Assembly (NCBI GenBank): GCA_003567855.1
Contig: PWYM01000237.1
Span: 5,302 to 69,301 of the forward strand
Reading direction: 5' to 3'
Source of the DNA: Gammaproteobacteria bacterium
GTDB lineage: Bacteria > Pseudomonadota > Gammaproteobacteria > Steroidobacterales > PWYM01
DNA length: 64,000 nt
In this document: piece by piece, positions 55,754-64,000 of the stretch
How the letters are laid out: each line of letters begins with the position of its first letter
How positions within the stretch are numbered: position 1 is the first letter of the stretch
Made by a program: the position numbers and the translations under genes
The notes under the pieces: generated by a model
Told to the model about the DNA's origin: nothing
The model's database searches: none
The model's input: the letters and a program-made list of their open reading frames with translations, nothing else

Positions 55754-55787
55754 CGGCTGGCGTGCCCCGGTGCGCCGGCCGTTTTTC
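55754..55787 (+). terminator. Rho-independent terminator after TBDR-4
   Basis: CGGCTGGCG-tgccccggtg-CGCCGGCCG (one G-U pair) followed by TTTTTC. Confidence 0.7.
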
Positions 55788-56010
55788 TGGCCCGGAAACA
55801 ATCAGGCCGGACTGTTTTATCCTGCCGGATTTCGTGGCATCCATTGCGCGCGGGTCCGACCCGGCCCGGGGTAACCAACGGCGGCCGGGCAGCGGTCCGT
55901 CAGTATCGGGCAGCAGCGGAGGGGGAATCGAATGAGCGCACGGTCCAGGGACGCCGTACCCCGGCAGGGCGGCGATGCGCGCTGCGGCAGGCGCACCGAT
56001 GGGACAGGCG

Positions 56011-56880
56011 CTATTCTCCAGCGAGCTGCAGCAGGCGGCGCGCCTGCTTCAGGTGCGGAATATCGAGCATTGCGCCGTCCATCTGTACCGCGCCGGCCCC
56101 GTCCGAGCGTTCGAACAGCGCGACGACGCGCCGGGCCCAGTCGACCTCGTCTGCCGTCGGGGTAAAGGCATCGTTGATCACCTCGACCTGCGCCGGATGG
56201 ATTGCGAGCATGCCGGTGAACCCGTCGCGGCGCGCACGTTCGCAGTAACCGCGCAACCCCTCGGTGTTCCGGAAGTCGGTGTAGACGGTTTCTATGGCCT
56301 GCGCCTCGCAGGTTGCCGCCGCGGCGAGCGTCAGCGAACGCGCGAGCTGGTACGTGAAAGTCCAGGCGCCGGTCTCATCGCGGTTGCGCATCGCGCCCAG
56401 GTCCACCGCCAGGTCTTCGGCCCCCCACGTGACGCCGCGAAGCCGGTCACCGATCGATCGAAGCTCGCCCATGGAGAAGAGCGACTCGGCGGTTTCGGTG
56501 AGCACCGGCACAAGTGGCACGGAACCGCGGGTCAGCCCGTGCGCGACCTCGAGCACCTCGAGGTAATGATTCAACGCGACCAGGTCCCACGGGCTTGAGA
56601 TTTTCGGCACCATGATGCCATCCGGCTGACCGGGCATGACCGCGACCAGGTCATCGAGCGCGAGCGCCGAAGCCAGCGGGTTGATGCGCACCCATAGCGG
56701 CGCGGCCCGCTGGCCTCGCGGCCGCGCGGCCAGTACGTCGTGGACCAGGGCGCGCGCCCGGGGCTTGGCCTCGGGCAGCACGGCATCCTCCAGGTCGAGG
56801 ATGACCGCATCGGCACCGGTGCCGTCCACCTTGCCGAGCTTCTTTTCGCTGTCTCCCGGGATGAACAACCACGAACGCAT
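56011..56880 (-). CDS. HpcH/HpaI aldolase / citrate-lyase beta (CitE)-like acyl-CoA lyase
   Basis: MRSWLFIPGDSEKKLGKV..GADAVILDLEDAV is the CitE-family N-terminus. The start is trimmed to 56880. Confidence 0.82.
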   Translation of the reverse strand: MRSWLFIPGDSEKKLGKVDGTGADAVILDLEDAVLPEAKPRARALVHDVLAARPRGQRAAPLWVRINPLASALALDDLVAVMPGQPDGIMVPKISSPWDLVALNHYLEVLEVAHGLTRGSVPLVPVLTETAESLFSMGELRSIGDRLRGVTWGAEDLAVDLGAMRNRDETGAWTFTYQLARSLTLAAAATCEAQAIETVYTDFRNTEGLRGYCERARRDGFTGMLAIHPAQVEVINDAFTPTADEVDWARRVVALFERSDGAGAVQMDGAMLDIPHLKQARRLLQLAGE

Positions 56881-57016
56881 GCACTCGCTCCGGTACGGAC
56901 TCGCACGCAGTCTAGCATCGGGGCCGAAGCTGCAGCGGATTCCAATGCGCCCCCACACCTGCAGGCACCGTCCGATCTGCTAGGCTCTGCAGCGCAATCC
57001 GCCACGGAGACCGTCG

Positions 57017-57466
57017 TTGCGATATTTCGAGGACCTGCAACCTGGCGATGTCGAGGAATCGGCTCCGCACGTGGTCGATCGCGACCACATGCTCGCGTTC
57101 GCGCGCCAGTACGACCCGCAGTATTTCCACGTCGACCCGGAAGCCGCCCGCAGCTCCACCTTCGGTGAGGTCATCGCCTCGGGCATCTACACGATGGCGC
57201 TGTGGCGGCGTCTCGATCACCAGGTTGCCGAGGATATCGCGTGGATCTGTGGCGTCGCGTGGGACGACGTGCGTTTTCCCGTCGCAGTACGCGCCGGTGA
57301 TGCGGTGCGCGCACGCGCCGAGGTCCGCGAAAAGCGCCCTTCGGACTCGGACCCGAGCCGCGGCGTGGTCGTGATGCTCTACCAGCTCGTCAATCAGCGC
57401 GACGAGGTGGTGTTCACCTGCCTGAGCACAAACCTGGTAAACCGGCGACCTGCAACTGGCGACTGA
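57017..57466 (+). CDS. MaoC-like (R)-hydratase/dehydratase domain protein
   Basis: FEDLQPGDV...[40 protein letters not shown] (hot-dog, MaoC signature). TTG start with GGAGA upstream. Confidence 0.78.
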   Translation: MRYFEDLQPGDVEESAPHVVDRDHMLAFARQYDPQYFHVDPEAARSSTFGEVIASGIYTMALWRRLDHQVAEDIAWICGVAWDDVRFPVAVRAGDAVRARAEVREKRPSDSDPSRGVVVMLYQLVNQRDEVVFTCLSTNLVNRRPATGD

Positions 57467-57629
57467 ATCGGACCTGGCTGCCGGCAGCCTGACCGGTCAG
57501 GGGACGTCGCGGCCAACCCCTCAGTGGTCATCGCCACCGGTGCATGAATCCGGTGGCGTGCGGACTTCGAATCCTCTCGCGTGTCACCAATACGGTGGCG
57601 TTGAATTGATTCACACGGAGGTTCGAATC

Positions 57630-58142
57630 ATGAGCAGGCGCATACAGACCCTGATGGCTGCCCTGGCGGCGATGTTCATCGTCGGCACAGCGGCCGCACA
57701 CAACCACGGCGGTGGTTACGGCAACGACAAGGATGCCAAGGACATCGTCGATACCGCCGTAGCCGCGGGTTCGTTCGAGACTTTGGTTGCCGCACTCGAG
57801 GCGGCCAGGCTGGTAGACACGCTCAAGGGTGACGGCCCGTTCACGGTGTTCGCTCCCACCGACGAGGCCTTCGCGGCGCTGCCCGAGGGCACCGTGGAGT
57901 CACTGCTTCAGCCCGAGAACCGCGACCAGCTCATCGCGGTGCTGAGCTATCACGTCGTCGCCGGCAAGGTCTCAAGCGAGCAGGTCATCGATCTGTCGTC
58001 GGCCGAGACGCTGCAGGGCGGCAGCCTCACTATCGAAAACGGCTACAACGGCGTGCAGATCAACGGCGCGAACGTCGTGCAGGCCGATATAGAGACTTCG
58101 AACGGCGTGATTCACGTCATCGACGAGGTGCTCCTGCCCTGA
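57630..58142 (+). CDS. Secreted fasciclin (FAS1) domain protein
   Basis: Signal peptide [26 protein letters not shown]1 motifs [15 protein letters not shown] and [13 protein letters not shown]. Confidence 0.85.
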   Translation: MSRRIQTLMAALAAMFIVGTAAAHNHGGGYGNDKDAKDIVDTAVAAGSFETLVAALEAARLVDTLKGDGPFTVFAPTDEAFAALPEGTVESLLQPENRDQLIAVLSYHVVAGKVSSEQVIDLSSAETLQGGSLTIENGYNGVQINGANVVQADIETSNGVIHVIDEVLLP

Positions 58143-58154
58143 GCGCAACCGGTC

Positions 58155-58183
58155 GGGCCGGCCGCTGAAGGCCGGCCCTTTTC
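58155..58183 (+). terminator. Rho-independent terminator after the fasciclin gene
   Basis: GGGCCGGCC-gctgaa-GGCCGGCCC followed by TTTTCT. Confidence 0.75.
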
Positions 58184-58241
58184 TCGATGGTGATCCGCGC
58201 CGTCGCGGCGCATCGTTTTCTCACTGACGAGCGCGTTGGGT

Positions 58242-59555
58242 CTACGACCGGCCTTCAGCCCCATCCTCGGTCGATACGGCCGCTTCTGCAGACCCGGCCT
58301 CCCCCTGCACTTCGGCAAGCACCTGGGCGGCGACCGGCGACTCGCCTGCAGGGCGCGTGGCGACCCATGGGCGCTTCTGCAGACCCGGCAGAATCGTGTT
58401 GTGCCATATCCGTCCGACGGCGAAGCACAATACTACGGCGTGCACGCCGATAAAAAACCACAGGAACCCGGACGAACCGATCAACCCCATCAGCGTCGCG
58501 GCCAGCACGGGTCCGCACGCGGCCCCGACCCCCCCGAGGAGGATCAGCGTGCCACTGGCCGCGACCATTTCGTCGGGCGCAATCTGGTCGTTCAGGTGCG
58601 ATGCGGCCAGCCCATGGATCGGCATGCTCGCACCCCCGAGCAGCGCCATGGCCACGAACAGCCACACCGACGCACTCGGCGCAACCAGCGTCGCGACGGT
58701 GGCCACGATGCCCAGGGTCGACGCACTGAGGATCACCTGCCGGCGATCGACCCGATCGGATATCCAGCCTAGCGGCCATTGCAGCAGCATCGCCCCGAAG
58801 ATCGGCATCGCGACGAAGGTCGCGGTCTGCGCGATGCTGAGCCCCATACCCACGGCAAACACCGCCGCCATGCCGAAGATCGCGCCGGATGCGAGGCCCG
58901 CGGCGGTTACACCGATGACCGCCATCGGCGACCGCCGGTAGGTTTCGGCAATCCCCAGCGGCGTCGCCCGATCGAACGCCGGCGCCGGCGTCGAACTCAG
59001 CACCAGCGGTACCGCCGCCAGCGACACCAGCACCGACACGATGATGAACAGCGTGGCCTGCTGCGGATCAGCGACGTTGAGCAGAAACTGGCCGAACGCC
59101 AGGCCCGCGAAGTTGATCATCATGTACACCGCAAACAGCTGGCCGCGGGTACGGTTGCTGGCGCGGTCGTTGAGCCAGCTCTCGACGACGATGAAGATGC
59201 CTGCAAAACACATGCCGCTGATGAAGCGGAACATCGCCCAGACCCAGACGTCGACGACCAGCGCGTGCAGCAGGATCGTCATCGACGCGACCGACGTCAG
59301 CGCCGCAAACACGCGGATATGGCCGACCTGCGACACCAGCTTCACGGTAACCAGCGAGCCGACGAGGAACCCGCCGTAGTAGGCCGACATGATCAGCCCC
59401 ACGGAGACCGTGGCGAAGCCTTCCATCGCCGCGCGCAGACCGAGCAGCGTGCCCTGCAGGCCGCCGCCGAGCATGATCAGCGCGAAACCGAGCAGCAGCG
59501 CCGATGACGACGCCAGCGCCTGTCGCAGATTTCCGGGGGGTGCGGCGGCGCTCAT
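58242..59555 (-). CDS. MFS transporter
   Basis: About 12 TM helices. The start is trimmed to MSAAAPPGNLRQALASSSALLLGF. The N-terminal extension in the track is not hydrophobic or conserved-looking. Confidence 0.82.
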   Translation of the reverse strand: MSAAAPPGNLRQALASSSALLLGFALIMLGGGLQGTLLGLRAAMEGFATVSVGLIMSAYYGGFLVGSLVTVKLVSQVGHIRVFAALTSVASMTILLHALVVDVWVWAMFRFISGMCFAGIFIVVESWLNDRASNRTRGQLFAVYMMINFAGLAFGQFLLNVADPQQATLFIIVSVLVSLAAVPLVLSSTPAPAFDRATPLGIAETYRRSPMAVIGVTAAGLASGAIFGMAAVFAVGMGLSIAQTATFVAMPIFGAMLLQWPLGWISDRVDRRQVILSASTLGIVATVATLVAPSASVWLFVAMALLGGASMPIHGLAASHLNDQIAPDEMVAASGTLILLGGVGAACGPVLAATLMGLIGSSGFLWFFIGVHAVVLCFAVGRIWHNTILPGLQKRPWVATRPAGESPVAAQVLAEVQGEAGSAEAAVSTEDGAEGRS

Positions 59556-59750
59556 CACAAGCTCCAGAAACCGGTTGGAGCGGACCGGCGGGCCCACCCG
59601 GGTGCAGCGCGAAGGCGCCGGACGCGAAGTATCGATGACCGGGACATGCCGACACAAGGCCAGCCATCGCGCCGGACCATCACCGGCTGCTGAAGTGTGG
59701 CGCCGGCTCTGCGATCATGCGGTTCGGTCTTCAACCCGGTGCATGACCAC

Positions 59751-62423
59751 ATGTCCGTACGCCATCTCGATCACCTGTTCCGCCCGCGTTCGGTCGCGGT
59801 ATTCGGCGCCTCCGACCGCCCGCTCAGCGTGGGTGCCGCCGTCATGGACAACCTGCTCGCCGGCGGTTTCGGCGGACCTGTCATGCCCGTCAACCGGCGA
59901 CACGACAACGTACGCGGACAGCGCGCATGGCGCGATGCCGGCACGCTGCCGGAGGCACCCGATCTCGCGGTAATCTGCACCCCGCCGTCGACGATCCCCG
60001 GGATCGTCGACGCGGTCGGACGCCTCGGCACGCGCGCGGCTGTCATCATCAGCGCGGGCTTCGCCGAAGCCAGCGCCGAGGCCGGACGCGACCTCGAGGC
60101 CGAAACGCTCGCCGCGGCAGGGCGCCATCAGGTGCGGCTGCTCGGTCCGAACTGCGTGGGCCTGATCGTCCCGGCGCTCGGACTCAACGCGAGCTTTGCA
60201 CCCGGCATGGCGGCGCCCGGCGACATCGCCTTCGTGTCGCAGTCCGGCGCGATGGCCACCGCGGTGCTCGACTGGGCGAGCGAGCGCCATATCGGCTTCT
60301 CGCACTTCATCTCGATGGGCAACTGCCTCGACGTGGACATCGGCGACGTGATCGACTGGCTCGGCGCAGACCCCGGCACGCGCTCCATCCTCGTCTACAT
60401 GGAGTCGTTGCGCGAGGCGCGCAAGTTCATGTCGGCCGCCCGCGCAGCCGCCCGCAACAAGCCACTGCTGTTCGTGAAGGCCGGCCGCATGCCCGAGGGT
60501 GCCCGCGCGGCGGCGTCACACACCGGCGCACTCGCCGGCAGTGACGCCGTCTACGAGGCCGCGATACAGCGCGCCGGCGCGCTGCGCGTGCGCGGCATCG
60601 AGGATCTGTTCGACACGGCCGAGATCCTCGGCCGCGGCCGACCCATCGGCGGACCCCGCCTGGCGATACTCACCAACGGTGGCGGGCCCGGCATCCTCGC
60701 CACCGACGCGCTCGTCGAACAGGGCGGCACGCTGGCCGAGCTTGCCGATGCAACCACGCAACGCCTCGATGCGCTGCTGCCGGGCAACTGGTCGCGGGCA
60801 AACCCCGTCGACATCATCGGCGACGCCCCCGCGGAGCGCTACCGCGGCGCACTGCTGGCGCTGCTCGACGACCCGGGCATCGACGCCGTGCTCATCGTGC
60901 ATGCACCCACCGCAATCGTCGCCAGCGAAGCGGTCGCCGAGGCACTTGCGGAAGTGGCGACCACCGCCACCAAGCCCGTACTGGGCTGCTGGCTGGGCGG
61001 CGCGTCCGCGCGCCGCGCAGCGGGTATCTTTCACCGCGCCCGGCTGCCGGCGCTGAACTCGCCCGAGGACGCGGTCGCAGCGTTCCTGCGCATGCACGCG
61101 TACCGACGCAACCAGGCGGCGCTGATGGAGCTGCCCGCGCGCCCCGCGGCGGGCGGACCGACCGATCACGACACCACCGCCCGGACGATCGCGCGCGCCC
61201 GGGCCGAGTCGCGACGCTGGCTGAGCGAGTTCGAATCCAAGGCGGTGTTCGAGGCATGGGGCATCCCGGTGGTACCCACCCGCATCGCCCATACGCCCGA
61301 CGAGGCCGCAGAAATTGCCCACGAGATCGGTCTGCCCGTGGCCGTGAAGGTGCTGTCACCGGACATCACGCACAAGTCCGACGTCGGTGGCGTGGTGCTG
61401 GACCTCGAAACCGCCGACCAGGTTCGCGACGCGGCACAGGGCATTGCACGTCGCGTCGAACGTCGCGGCAACGCGCGTCTGGACGGCTTCTCGGTGCAGG
61501 CCATGGCGCGCAGGCCGGGGGCACACGAACTCATCGTCGGTGCCCATACCGATGCGGTGTTCGGGCCGGTCCTGGTGTTCGGTGCCGGCGGCACCGGCGT
61601 CGAGGTCATCGACGACAGCGCGATTGCGCTGCCGCCACTCAACATGGCGCTGGCACGTCAGCTCGTCGAGCGCACTCGGATTGCGCGCCTGCTGGCCGGC
61701 TACAGACAGCAGCCGGCTGTTCACATGGACGCACTGTGCGAGGTGCTGGTCCGCGTGGGTGAGCTCGTCTCTGCTCAGCCCGAGATCGAGTCGCTGGACA
61801 TCAACCCGCTGCTCGCCGATGCCGACGGCGTGGTCGCACTAGATGCACGCATCGCACTGCGCTCACCCGAAGACGGCCCGCGGCCCGAACTCGCGATCCT
61901 GCCCTACCCGCAGGCTCTGGAAGAGCACGCCGTCTTCGACGGACACGAAATCATGCTGCGCCCGATCCGACCGGAAGACGAACCTGCACACCGTGAATTT
62001 TTCTCAAGCCTCACCGACGAAGACGTACGCTTTCGCTTCTTCGGACTGACCCGACTGTACGAACATTCACAGCTCGCACGCTATACGCAGATCGACTACC
62101 TCCGCGAGATGGCGTTCATCGCGCAGGAAACGCAAACACGATCACCAAGAACACTCGGTGCCGTGCGCGCCGTCAGCGATCCCGACCGCATCGAGGCGGA
62201 GTTTGCGATCGTCGTACGCTCCGACATCAAGGGCCGCGGACTCGGCAGGCTGCTGCTCGAAAAACTGGTGCGCTACTGTCGCGACACCGGCATTCGGCGG
62301 ATAACCGGCCAGGTTCTGCAGCAGAACCGGCGGATGCTCTCACTGGCCCGTGACCTGGGCTTCACGGTGGGGCCGGCAGAGGATGGGGTGCACGAGGTCG
62401 TGCTGGAAACGGGGCGCGACTGA
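59751..62423 (+). CDS. Bifunctional NDP-forming acyl-CoA-synthetase-like / GNAT protein (Pat/PatZ-type protein lysine acetyltransferase)
   Basis: N-terminal CoA-binding region (LFRPRSVAVFGASDRP...), succinyl-CoA-ligase-like and ATP-grasp regions, and a C-terminal GNAT with VRSDIKGRGLGRLLLEKLV. 890 aa from the ATG at 59751. Confidence 0.88.
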   Translation: MSVRHLDHLFRPRSVAVFGASDRPLSVGAAVMDNLLAGGFGGPVMPVNRRHDNVRGQRAWRDAGTLPEAPDLAVICTPPSTIPGIVDAVGRLGTRAAVIISAGFAEASAEAGRDLEAETLAAAGRHQVRLLGPNCVGLIVPALGLNASFAPGMAAPGDIAFVSQSGAMATAVLDWASERHIGFSHFISMGNCLDVDIGDVIDWLGADPGTRSILVYMESLREARKFMSAARAAARNKPLLFVKAGRMPEGARAAASHTGALAGSDAVYEAAIQRAGALRVRGIEDLFDTAEILGRGRPIGGPRLAILTNGGGPGILATDALVEQGGTLAELADATTQRLDALLPGNWSRANPVDIIGDAPAERYRGALLALLDDPGIDAVLIVHAPTAIVASEAVAEALAEVATTATKPVLGCWLGGASARRAAGIFHRARLPALNSPEDAVAAFLRMHAYRRNQAALMELPARPAAGGPTDHDTTARTIARARAESRRWLSEFESKAVFEAWGIPVVPTRIAHTPDEAAEIAHEIGLPVAVKVLSPDITHKSDVGGVVLDLETADQVRDAAQGIARRVERRGNARLDGFSVQAMARRPGAHELIVGAHTDAVFGPVLVFGAGGTGVEVIDDSAIALPPLNMALARQLVERTRIARLLAGYRQQPAVHMDALCEVLVRVGELVSAQPEIESLDINPLLADADGVVALDARIALRSPEDGPRPELAILPYPQALEEHAVFDGHEIMLRPIRPEDEPAHREFFSSLTDEDVRFRFFGLTRLYEHSQLARYTQIDYLREMAFIAQETQTRSPRTLGAVRAVSDPDRIEAEFAIVVRSDIKGRGLGRLLLEKLVRYCRDTGIRRITGQVLQQNRRMLSLARDLGFTVGPAEDGVHEVVLETGRD

Positions 62424-62454
62424 CACACCGCGTCGGCGCACATTGCGACGGACG

Positions 62455-63312
62455 TCAACCCACGTGTTCGCCGGCGAGTACCGCCAGCGCCGCACGGTGC
62501 AACTCGGGCGTCGCCGCGGCGATCACCTGCCCCCCGCCATCGAGGGCACGACCTGCCCAGTCTGTCACCACACCGCCCGCACCCTCGATCACCGGCACAA
62601 GTGGCAGGATGTCATAGGCCTGCAGCCCGCTCTCGACGACGAGGTCCACGTGGCCGGCAGCGAGCATGCAGTAGCTGTAGCAGTCACCACCGTAGCGATT
62701 GAGCCGACAGTGCGCCGCAAGCCTCGCGTAGCGGTCGAATTCGCCCGGTTCGGCAAACTGCTCGGGGTGCGTCGTGTATACGCAGGCGTCGGCCAGCCGC
62801 TCGATGCGCGACACGACGAGCGGGCGCCTTGCATCGCCGCGTTCGAGCCACGCGTGGTGGCCGTCACCACCGAAAAGCTCGCCCAGGTAAGGTTGATACA
62901 TCCACCCCAGCCGGGGCCGCCCGTGCTCGAGCAGCCCTAGCAGCATGCCCCAAAGCGGCACACCGGTGATGAACGCCCGGGTGCCGTCGATGGGATCGAT
63001 CATCCAGCGCCAACCTTCGGCCGGCGCATCGGCGCCATGCTCTTCTCCGGTCACCGCGTGTTCGGGAAAGCGGGCCGAGATCGATTCTCGCAACCGCGCC
63101 TCCACCGCCCGGTCGGCCTCGGTGACCGGGTCGAAACCGGCACCACGGTCCTTGTCGTCGATGACCAGGGGACGGCGGAAGTGCGCCAGCGCAACCGCAC
63201 CGGCCTCGAGCAGCGCGGCCCGGCCGAACGCGGTGAATGCTTCGATGTCGTCGTTTCGGGAGGTGTCCATCCGGGCTCCGGTCCGGCGCGCGGCGGGGGC
63301 CGGCGCAGTCAT
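62455..63312 (-). CDS. Inositol monophosphatase family protein (possibly a HisN-type histidinol-phosphatase)
   Basis: WMIDPIDGTRAFITGVPLWG and the C-terminal IMPase fold. Alternative start at Met15 (63270). Confidence 0.82.
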   Translation of the reverse strand: MTAPAPAARRTGARMDTSRNDDIEAFTAFGRAALLEAGAVALAHFRRPLVIDDKDRGAGFDPVTEADRAVEARLRESISARFPEHAVTGEEHGADAPAEGWRWMIDPIDGTRAFITGVPLWGMLLGLLEHGRPRLGWMYQPYLGELFGGDGHHAWLERGDARRPLVVSRIERLADACVYTTHPEQFAEPGEFDRYARLAAHCRLNRYGGDCYSYCMLAAGHVDLVVESGLQAYDILPLVPVIEGAGGVVTDWAGRALDGGGQVIAAATPELHRAALAVLAGEHVG

Positions 63313-63404
63313 ATGTCAAAAGCGTGATGCATTTCCGAGGCTTGGCCACGCGAGGCCGCTAGTGTGCATGTTGAACCATTCAGTCGCCACCGTGTGCCGA
63401 TACC

Positions 63405-64000
63405 TTGAACGCTCCGCAGAGACCGTCCCACGAAGATGCGATCGAGACGATCGTTGAAGGCCTGCGCGCGTCGGAGGCCCGCGTCGCCGAACTCGAGGCC
63501 AGGCTCGCCGAGCGCAGCCCGGAAACGCGTGAACTGCGCGAGAACCTCGCCGCGATGGAGGCGCGCATCGCGCAGCTAGAACTCGAGCGCGATCACCTGC
63601 GTCACGAACTCGAGCACAGCCGCGAGGTCATCCGCGACGAACGCCGCACCGCGAACTACCTGCGGCGCAAGCTTCGTGTCGCCGAGGGCGGCCCCGAACA
63701 GACAACTCGCAAGGAACTGAATTTCTGGCGTGGTCGGGTCGATGCGCTGGAGTCGGAACTCGCGCCGCTGCGCGAGCGCGAACAGCGCATCGCGCAGCTC
63801 GAAGCAAGCTGCGCCGAGGCGCTCGCCGCGCGTACCGCAGCCGAAACACAGCTTCGCGCAAGCGAGCGCGAACAGCGTGAACAGGAATCACGGCTGTGCG
63901 GCCTCGACGCCGACCTGCAGTCGCGCAAGGCCGAGCTCGAGCGTATCGAGACCCAGCTGCGCCGTGCCGACGAGGCTGCCGCGCGTCTGCTGACTGACAA
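63405..64000 (+). CDS. Coiled-coil protein, N-terminal part (3' end outside the window)
   Basis: Frame open from 63375 to the window end: ...EDAIETIVEGLRASEARVAELEARLAERSPETRELRENLAAMEARIAQLELERDHLRHELE... with heptad-like Glu/Arg/Leu/Ala composition. The only early start candidate is TTG at 63405; the first ATG is about 150 nt in. It is absent from the ORF track. Confidence 0.5.
   Translation, partial: MNAPQRPSHEDAIETIVEGLRASEARVAELEARLAERSPETRELRENLAAMEARIAQLELERDHLRHELEHSREVIRDERRTANYLRRKLRVAEGGPEQTTRKELNFWRGRVDALESELAPLREREQRIAQLEASCAEALAARTAAETQLRASEREQREQESRLCGLDADLQSRKAELERIETQLRRADEAAARLLTD

Noticed and set aside
55788-56010. About 220-bp untranslated stretch between the TBDR-4 terminator and the stop of the CitE-like gene, as a possible sRNA or small ORF
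   Set aside because: There is no convincing promoter-plus-terminator pair or SD-led small ORF. The ORFs listed there (55844-56248, 55932-56165) are Arg/Ala-rich shadows that overlap the CitE-like gene. I have left it unannotated.
1-64000. Search for CRISPR arrays, IS elements, integrases, toxin-antitoxin pairs, phage or defence-system genes, tRNA and rRNA
   Set aside because: I saw no regularly spaced direct repeats, no transposase/integrase/recombinase-like translations, and no tRNA-like cloverleaf candidates in the few intergenic regions over 100 bp. Apart from short promoter patches, the composition appears uniformly GC-rich, with no obvious foreign island.

Overview
GC-rich (about two-thirds G+C by eye, not computed) proteobacterial chromosomal segment, tightly packed with about 57 protein-coding genes. 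I found no rRNA, tRNA, CRISPR array, transposase, integrase or phage genes. Content is mainly metabolic. It covers acyl-CoA and branched-chain catabolism (fused isobutyryl-CoA mutase IcmF; a TetR-led thiolase / FadB-like / enoyl-CoA hydratase / ACAD / SDR operon; two more adjacent ACADs; TesB; a FadD-like ligase), four TonB-dependent receptors (TBDRs), molybdenum-cofactor genes (moaB, moaCDE, a MocA-like transferase) plus a Tat-exported Mo-hydroxylase, glnS, a Pat-like acetyltransferase, and a DgkA/PAP2/GT4 lipid cluster. I do not see a discrete, clearly novel defence or mobile system, so the findings below are the best-supported non-obvious signals. (1) A TPP riboswitch with an SD-sequestering hairpin drives a TBDR / YkoF-like / PnuC / kinase thiamine-salvage operon. 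(2) A decayed acetoin-dehydrogenase operon is reduced to an acoA'-'acoC scar. (3) Next to that scar lies a perfect 36-bp spacerless palindrome. (4) An identical AT-rich palindrome, TTGTATACAA, sits 15-17 nt downstream of TTGACG hexamers upstream of two different TBDR genes, which suggests a shared unknown regulator. (5) Two oppositely oriented Pho-box-like 11-bp-phased direct repeats lie between a PAP2 phosphatase and a GT4 glycosyltransferase, pointing to phosphate-controlled lipid remodelling. (6) A Tat-exported Mo-hydroxylase is co-oriented with an orphan family-5 solute-binding protein. Many long ORFs in the track are antisense shadows of real genes and were rejected. Several track ORFs were trimmed to internal starts supported by RBS, signal-peptide or neighbour-overlap logic. 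All family assignments come from motif recognition in the translations; no database search was run.
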